A stretch of 63,398 nucleotides of DNA, filler included, from Lenisia limosa (lineage: Eukaryota > Protista > Breviatea): the NCBI GenBank assembly GCA_001655205.1. It is 8 parts of 8 records of this genome, joined end to end, with 100 filler letters (N's around TTAATTAATTAA, not from the genome) between each part and the next. Parts side by side here need not be neighbours in the genome. Positions count along the whole stretch, not along the records: positions 51,120 to 63,398 come from LPNZ01008625.1; 7 more parts are not named here. One strand, written 5' to 3'. Shown here one piece after another: positions 54,942-63,398 of the stretch. A model generated the notes under the pieces. The model was not told where the DNA came from. It made no database searches and saw nothing but the letters and a program-made list of their open reading frames with translations. The position numbers were made by a program, and so were the translations under genes. Position 1 is the first letter of the stretch; every line of letters begins with the position of its first letter.

Positions 54942-57900
54942 ATGGTTTTATTGAAGCCATGGAGTCAAATTGTCCTTTTCCTCGCGCTTTTCTTGATAGG
55001 TTTGCTGGATCAAGTCTGTTCTTGGCTCTATCTACTTAAATTACCTCTTATAGTTCCGTTAAACATGGAAATGTTTCAAAACTATCGCCATAAAATAAGT
55101 AATACAATTGTTTGAGTGTGTTCTACTCATTCTCATGCTATAGGCCTCAGCTCTTGTCAGTTTGATACTTACATCCGCTACGAGTCTCCTCCAACAACTG
55201 CGCTAGCAACAAGCATTTCCGTTCCCTCTGGGGAAACCATCGGGTGAGCGGTTTTTTTTTGGAACTAAGAACACAACAAAAGTCTTCGCTTCTCTTTGGT
55301 GTGTAAAATCAGATGTGCTAGAATTTAATTTCGATAACAAAGAAGTTCTAGATTTGCTAGAATTTAATTAATCAAAAAATGACGTTGTTTGACCCATCTT
55401 CACCTTCTAGTTTTGCTCAGTCTTATGGAGCCGCCCATCTTAACAACGATGGAAGAGCCTATGTAGTAACTGGTTTGTTGGGCGTATTTATGAACATTAT
55501 TTTCTTTATTCTCTCATAAATAATTAATTTCCTTATAAAACCCGATAAAAGTTGTGCAAATTGTTTTTTTCTCACTTATGAACCCCNNNNNNNNNNNNNN
55601 NNNNNNNNNNNNNNNNNNNNNNNNNNNNNNNNNNNNNNNNNNNNNNNNNNNNNNNNNNNNNNNNNNNNNNNNNNNNNNNNNNNNNNNNNNNNNNNNNNNN
55701 NNNNNNNNNNTACTACAAATTTCCGTATACCTCTGTTTTCTCATCGTATGTATGATGTACACAGATTGCCTCATCTTTAAATTGGTCTTTCCTTAATCTA
55801 TTTAGACAGCTCGGAAGTTGTCATCGGACATCCCCAGATAGGAGCACATCCAGTGCCTCTCCAACTCTTTACTGATCTTAGTATGTTGACCTTGTTGTTT
55901 GTACCATTTTTTTTTTGTTATATCAGACAGTGTTGCTCTGTTAAGTTATTATCTCCCAGACTGACAAGCAGTGAATTTATACTATCCAATATATAAGCGT
56001 GTGGTNNNNNNNNNNNNNNNNNNNNNNNNNNNNNNNNNNNNNNNNNNNNNNNNNNNNNNACGGCTTAGGTTAGATACAATATATTTTTTTCTCATCTCTT
56101 CATACAAGTAATATGTCAGTTGTCTGCAAAATTATGTAAGGCATCCCAACAGTCCAAAATATACTGAATATCTCGATATAAATACTTAATGAATATCGAT
56201 GTTTGACTGTTGTCTTATTCAGATCACAGTGAAGCCCTCTAATATACTTACCCTAAAGGTATTACAAAGCCAGGGTCGGCCATTTTGGGGCTCTCCGCTC
56301 GTGAAATGAACACGCCCGTGTTCTTCACTGCCGATACTGTGTACATTGCAGACCTCTCAGTTGCAACCCCGACTGTTGTGGCTCACACCATTACCTCTCT
56401 TGGGGTTGGATACGGGGGGCTATCATATCACTTTTTAACTGTAATATTCTGATATGATACATTATATGCACGGTTTGAGATAAAATATCGATACACTTCG
56501 TTTCAAAAAAGACTACATTCCTCAATAAATTCTCGAAAACTATCGATATTTTTTTCTGTATATTTCTGACCAAATTGAAGTCCTACTAACACAATATCCG
56601 CAGATGACAGGGTCTGTTTTATCGGTTCATTGCGCTGATGTTGCCAATGACAACGTCGGTGTTTTGACAGGTTAGTTTTTTTGAACAAGTTATTTTTTGT
56701 GTGTGAATATTTCTTGTTTAATAGTAAAGAATAAATTCGGGTTTTTGGTTTCATAAATATCCTAATTTTCTCGCGTGCTACAGAAGCGACTGACCTGGGC
56801 TTTGTATGTTTTGTTGTTATCAACNNNNNNNNNNNNNNNNNNNNNNNNNNNNNNNNNNNNNNNNNNNNNNNNNNNNNNNNNNNNNNNNNNNNNNNNNCTT
56901 CAAGACAGCGGAGAATTCAAGATCTTCAGCACCTTCAGCGGCACCCCCTCCGCTACCAAGACCATAAACAGCGTTGCCGAGGCTGACTTGCATACTGACG
57001 GCAATGTTGCCTACAAAAGTAGGGAACGCTACAATACAAAAATAGCGCTTCATCATTTTGTCGTTTTCTTGATAATTTGCTTCTGGTATTACTCGATATT
57101 GTACTACTTTTTATATACTCAGATGATTAATAAATCTGCCCTCGAATTTGAGGGAAATCCGTTCCACCATTCCTCTAATTAGGGCTTCCCTACAGTCCGG
57201 AAAAATATCGATGTTTATCGAGGATTTATCGAGAAATTCAGTCTTTTTGGGACCGTAAGGAAGACCCATGTGTGTACCTCTAATTCAATGAAAACCCCTC
57301 CATTCCTCTCATGACTTTAGCTCTCTCTTCCGAGTATAAGATCGACAGATCTGGAGTTATTACGGATATTACTCTGCCTGCGGGTACAGTGGAGGTTTTA
57401 CTGGCCAATGCACGGGTTTATTCGGCTCCTGCTGGTTGGTGGTGGATTGGATGTGCGGATATTATATTCCACTAGAACTCTTGGGCTTCACTTCGGTTCG
57501 AAAAATACCTGTAAAATATCGATAATTTTTAAGGATTTATCCAGAGATTCAACTTTTGAACCGAAGTGAACACCAGGCACTACTGCTCTAACTCCCTCAT
57601 GTGTTGCTACCCAATAGAGTTGATTTTGGGCTTTCTTTTTGTTTCATAGATTTTCCAATTTTACCCCTCCGTAGCGCCTAGTGGCTCACCATCGTATGTC
57701 TACCTCAAGGATTGTGAAACGCTGAACAATGACTTCAAGTGGGGGAGGGGTGTTCTATTTTTTCTATCATATAGCTACATATATTATACCATAATCCAAT
57801 ATCTCTTGTAAGTGTGATGGTGTGGNNNNNNNNNNNNNNNNNNNNNNNNNNNNNNNNNNNNNNNNNNNNNNNNNNNNNNNNNNNNNNNNNNNNNTCTCTT

Positions 57901-60900
57901 TGGTTCGAGGAAAATTTGGATTTATGGGGACATTCGGTCTTATTTCAACAAACCTGTGGGGAGGTGGATGATGTTACTTGAGCTTCCCCTCGGTCCAATT
58001 AAAGACGGATTTTCTTGATAAATCCTCGATATATTTTCACTGTAGGGAGGCCGAGTGATATTGTTTTGAAATTTAATAAATTTGCTCAAGTGTCGAATCT
58101 GATCATTATGATCCTTACTGACACTTTAGCCACGCGGTGTGGGTTTTTTGTGATGACCGACGGGTACAAAGGCTTCACCCAGTAGGCTGCTGCGTGATTG
58201 AGGGATAAATCTAAGGGCTTCCCTGCGGTTGACCTGTAAAATATCGATATTCATCGAAGATTTATTGAGAAATTCGGTCTTATTTGGGACCGTATGGAAG
58301 CCCTAGTATAACATTAGCAAATATTATTATTGGGTAATACAGAGACCTTTTTTTAGTGCTAGGATCACTTTAGTTTACCATAATCTTCGTGATGATGCTT
58401 GGGGTGATGTTGTAGGGATATCTTTGCCAAGACTTGGCACAGCTGTCGACCTGGCTCCTACCATGGTTTGAATGGACTCGTAATCTCACGATTTGTGATG
58501 CTCGAGAATCAAATAATTCGATATGCTAACTTTTTTACGTTTCCTTTCGATCTGCACTTCTCCCTGGATCTTGAGCTTCACTTTGATCAGTACAAGATTT
58601 CTTGATAATCTGTCATTGTTTTCAGGTCTTTTCTGTCCAAAAGAAAGCCCTCGTTGTACTAACGACTTAGACGATTCCAGCGTCCAGTTCACGGTCAAGC
58701 CACTAGAGTATAGTATGTCTTTTGGCGGTCCTTCTAATTCCGTGGCACTTGCATCAAGATATCGCGAGCAGTATAGTGGGGGGGATTCGACGAATGAGTA
58801 TCACACTGGACTTTTATAATATTGACGTGTTAGAATCATCAGTATAGTGGAGATAGGGATGTCATTACTGGAGTTAAGGCTTCAGTTTGGTTCAAAAAAA
58901 GACTGTCTCGATAAATCCTCAAAAACTATCGATATTTTAGTTGCAAATAGTGTAAGCAGTACTATGGGGTGACTAGTTGGTATGATAGTGGTATCAGTAA
59001 AACGATGGAGCTGGATACAGCGAATAATTGTCACAGTAGTGAGGGTGGTTGTAAATAATCGGTTGGATCGAGAGAATTGAGATATCGTAAGTTGTACAAA
59101 TGACCAAATAAAAACGGAAATGGCAATAGAAAACCCGTGTTGTTTTTCTGCTTCATGTAGTATTGGGTTTCAATTCACCATTTAGTGAGCCATGACCGTT
59201 CTTTGACTGCTTGCCGTGCCAAAGCCACAAGTAGGTTGAATCCTTTACAACATCTCTAAGTTGATGTTTCACTTGTATAATAAGTAATTTTTCCTTCATG
59301 TGTTTTTGGGTATTAGGCCATAGAAGTATTTCTCATGAATCCCAAGTTAATTTTTTACAACCCAGGTTATTTGAGCTCACGTTACCTTGACATTTCCGCC
59401 AAGCCTTGTACTTCAGGATTACAAGTAGGCAGGGATGGGGGTTTGTGATTACATTGGAGTGGCATCTCTTTTAAAGAACAGCAGCTCTGTAAGGCAAATG
59501 ATTGAGTGAATTAATGTTTTACTATCTCTAATAAGCTTGATAATGTGGACGGCTTCGGACAGATACAACCTTGTTTTATTTCTCATGGTGAACTATAATC
59601 AGCTTTGATACTATAAAACGACTTCGGACATATATCAGCTTCGTTGTTTTTTATTTTGAGACCTCTTTAGAATTGTTTAATGAAGGAAAATTTGAAATTA
59701 AATTGTCATTGCCCTAGATTTAAGGCTCCACTTTGGTTCGAAAAAGACCGGTAAAATATCGTTAGCTTTCGAGGATTTATCGAGAAATTTGGTCTTTTTT
59801 CGAACCGAAGCGAATCCCTAAATATATTCCACTTCAGATTTCAAAATTATTAATTGATTATTTGTGCGGAGCCAATTCTATTTGTTAATAAATTGAACTA
59901 AGTCCGAATAATTGAATAATTGCACAGAGGGCTTCTCTTCGGTTCGAAAAAGAGGGAATTTCTCAATAAATCCTCGAAAACTATCGAACTGAAGTGAAGC
60001 CCTCATTACACAGAGTCCTAGCTAATGTTCACCCTTCAAGGCGTCTCCGATTTTGGCCGAAGCGCTCTCGGCAGTATTGTCCGTTTCTACCAGTCTCTAC
60101 GTTCTTCTTGGTGGGTGACTTTGGGGGTCTGAACAGGAACTAATATATTAGACATTAAAAAACGGGAAACAAATATATACACAGGGGTACTACAAGGGCT
60201 TTACTTTGGTTCGAATAAGGACTGAATTTCTTGATAAATGTTATAAAACTATTATTATGGGTTCCATATGTTTATCGAGGATTGATCGAGAAATTCAGTC
60301 TTTTTGGGACCATAGGGAAGCCCTAATTACCGGTCATTTTCGAACCGAAGTGAAACCCCAACCCTCTCCACTTAAAGCCATGCAGTTGTTGCATTATTCC
60401 TTTAACTCTGTGCAGTGAACGGCCGAGTTGCCTTGGTTTCTGGCCCAGGAAGTAGCAAGTCGTGCACCTCGAGTCTAGTGTCAGATGTTGATGAAGTAAG
60501 ACGGGGTACTGTTTGTGGGGAGGCGGGGGAGGCAGGTGATATATAGGACCTTTATTTTTCGAACCGAAATGAAGCCTTAAGTATGAAACTCTTTGGGTAG
60601 GTGATAGGGGGTGATACATATGAGGTATATATGTACATGTGTGTGTGGGGGGTATCACAACACAATTATAATTCATATTATATGTGACAGTTTTCAACTT
60701 TTTTTCAACTTCTTTTTTGCTTTCAGCGGCTCTTATAGCTAATTAGAATGGACCCATATATAATTAATTAGTACACATCATATGTCTTCTATGGAATTTT
60801 ATTGTGTTGTTGTCTTCCAAGTGCTTATTCTGTGGTTTTTGTTTCATAAAATTTTCCATTTCACATTTTCCAATGTTACTCCCCCCCTCCAGCCAGTATT

Positions 60901-63398
60901 CCTCGACACTGTCCATCCTGAATTCGCATCCCGACACTTCATCTCTATTTCTGCACCCAATGGAATGGTGTTCTATACCGGTAGGAGACAGTGGACTTTG
61001 TTAGAGCTAGGGCTTCACTTTGGTCCAAAAAAAGACCGATAAAATATCGGTAGTTTTCGAGGATTTATCGGAAAAAATCGCAATTTTTTTAACCGAAGCA
61101 AAGCCCTCGGAATCATACACTCCATCCTTACACCCTGTATCTCAACCACCAACACCACACACACCCTCCACATCCCCCCCTATTCTAACCGCCTGTAGAG
61201 AACGATTTTCTCATGTGCGATCCATCTGTATACATCGCAGCCCCTATTGCCGTAAGGAGGGCTTCACGCCATCTGAAACAGATGGAAATATTGCGATATA
61301 AGAGAAATTCTGTCTTTCTTTTGGATTGGGGCTTTCTCCAGTCTGAAACAGAACAGGAACACACAGATATTGATGGAATCCGGTGGGCGTTGATTGTTTT
61401 GTTGTTATCAACCCTCGTGCGTCGTCTGCCAACAGAGTTGATTTTGTTTCATAAATATTTCCACCCCCCCCCCGAGCCGCCCTGGAGCGCCCATATTTGT
61501 TTAATAATTGTCACTCATCACTCTCCGATTGAGTCGAATAAGACTTCTTTTTTTTTCACCCCCTTGTGTGTACGCCAGTATTCTTCATCGAATTTCCTTC
61601 GTTTTATTTCCGCCCCTATCTCATCACCGAATCAAATAACCGTCCGCCCCCCTCCCAGGACAAGCCCTACAGCCTCGAGGACATTATGGGTGCCGCAGTG
61701 ATTCCTGTTGAAGATCGCCTATTTTATCACTCCTCTAGCGACATGCTTGCTTGCTCAGGTTGGGATCATCGTCCCACATAGGATATACGTATTTATACTT
61801 TTAGTGTACTAACATATGTATTTATCTTTATGATATACTATAAAAATCAGTATAATAACAAATAGGATAATTTGACCGAAATTAGGAGCCCAGAAGAAGT
61901 GTGCTTATATGACTGACACAAATTCGCCAACAGTAGGCATGGACGTTGCTTTATTTGTCTTTATTATCATCTTTGCTGATTTTTCATAAATTGGCTTATT
62001 TTGGGTGTTTTTAGTTTTTACTTGATTTGATATCTCTACAGTCTCAAAAAATGACGCATCTTCTCATAAATCCTGGATAAATGTCAACATTTTTTCGCAG
62101 TCTTTTGCGGACCATAGTGAAACTCAAGTCCTAACCTGTAGGTATTTGACCTGGACCTTCCCATTCGCAGTGTTACGTATTCAAGCAAGGTCACGTCCAT
62201 GATTACTGGTAGTTTTTTGGGATTATATGTTGCGGTTCTCAAAACATGTACATTTGACTTTTTAAGGTCCTTCGGGTGGCTTAGTTGCTGATGACACTGG
62301 CAAGAACTTCGAATTTCCCAGTGACTTAGTAGGTCATAAATAATATGGTGATATGATCATATAACCGACTTTTGAGTGGAAAGAATGAATGAAGATAACA
62401 TGAGAGTTCATCCCGAGTGTATCAGAGTGTCATTGAGACTTTTCGGTCAATTATCATACTAAGGTATCATATCACTGCATAGTTCACACGTGTAAAAATA
62501 GCCCAAAAAGTGAAATCTGCATAATATATGATATCCACATTTTCAGTCATATCCTTGATAGTCTTGGACAAGCTTAATGAAGTTACATTTGATTCTGTTT
62601 TTTGTTTAGTCCGTTATTTTTTATTTTCATATTAATTCCACTCTTTGGTATTTGGTAACTGCGACGATAATAAAATGGCTCCCTATTTTTTTTTCATTAG
62701 AACCCCATTCCTGACCTTTGTAGGTATTCCAAGCAAACGAGCGTTCCCCGGTCGCAGTCAAGTACCTGTACATGGTTGATAACCCGTGAGAGGAACGAGT
62801 GTCTCATGATTATTGTTTGGGTTTCACTTCGTAACGGAACGCTCGGTAAACTATCGAAATTAGGGTTTCACTTCGTAACGGAACGCTCGGTAAACTATCG
62901 AAATTAGGGTTTCACTTCGGCTCGAAAAAAGAGGAATTTATCGATATTACCTCGAAAACTAACGATAGTTTACCGGACATTTTTGAACCGAAGCGAAGCC
63001 CTAATCGAAATATATTGATGATTTCTCTGGATAGTCATTTTCTGGCTCGCGGTGAAACCCTAATTATGATGGGCAGTACAGAATATACTATGTCTGCAAT
63101 TTATTATAACTAAGGCTCCTTGAAAATAATTTTTTGAAGAATTTAATTGACAAAATTTGAATGAAAGTATCTGAAATAGGGTATAATGACAATAGGTCTC
63201 CAATTTTTGCATTTTTTTTTCCAATTAATTGCATGGAGGCGGATTAAAACTTACACTTTAGATACGACTCGCACCTGCTGATTGATGGAAGGAAAATCCG
63301 ACTCTTCTACCAAGCCCGTGCGTTCATATCCGCGCCCTTCCCGGCCGACATTACACCCGGGGTCTATAACTGCTCTGTGTCGTTCTATGGACTTGTGC
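54942..63398 (+). CDS. Very large secreted/surface protein, >20 short exons; runs off the window
   Basis: ATG at 54942: MVLLKPWSQIVLFLALFLIG|LSSCQFDTYIRYESPPTTALATSISVP (signal peptide). Further GT-AG exons include DSSEVVIGHP, GITKPGSAILGLSAREMNTPVFFTADTVYIADL, IDRSGVITDITLPAG, GLFCPKESPRC, VFDLDLPIRSVTYSSKVTSMIT|GPSGGLVADD and YDSHLLIDGRKIRLFYQARAFISAPFPADITPGVYNCSVSF. It may be more than one gene. Confidence 0.6.
62817..62904. repeat. 44-bp tandem repeat x2 derived from a truncated MITE
   Basis: (ta)gggtttcacttcgtaacggaacgctcggtaaactatcgaaat occurs twice, directly followed by the full MITE at 62905-63003. Confidence 0.9.

Overview
AT-rich, intron-dense eukaryotic DNA, probably from a protist (GT-AG introns, CTAAC/CTAAT-like branch points, standard code). 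The window is not one locus. Seven identical 100-nt spacers (44N-TTAATTAATTAA-44N) join eight unrelated scaffolds, and many internal N gaps sit at poly-C/G tracts and repeats. Genes recognised by splicing exons by eye: a large Cys-rich (GCC2/GCC3) receptor with a TRP-like 7TM C-terminus, Rab2, a TTC14-like TPR protein, a BEACH-domain protein, a P4-ATPase flippase head-to-head with polyadenylate-binding protein, and CCDC93. Several uncharacterised secreted or surface proteins (IPT/TIG-like, CUB-like) are also present. The non-coding part holds at least six dispersed repeat families. (1) About 30 copies of a ~100-bp hAT-type MITE with TAGGG ends and 8-bp TSDs; it has two co-varying TIR subtypes, nests into itself and is associated with a ~220-bp fold-back. 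(2) A further TAGGGCT-ended MITE. (3) A Tc1/mariner-type CAGTG MITE. (4) A CAGTGATATGAT-ended element. (5) A non-TIR ~130-bp element with a TTCG hairpin. (6) The most intriguing family: a non-palindromic repeat that lies in the sense orientation of its host intron in all ~16 copies traced and often ends in the poly-C tract at the 3' splice site (introner-like element or intronic ncRNA candidate). No CRISPR, rRNA, tRNA or autonomous transposase was found. Gene boundaries are approximate unless stated.
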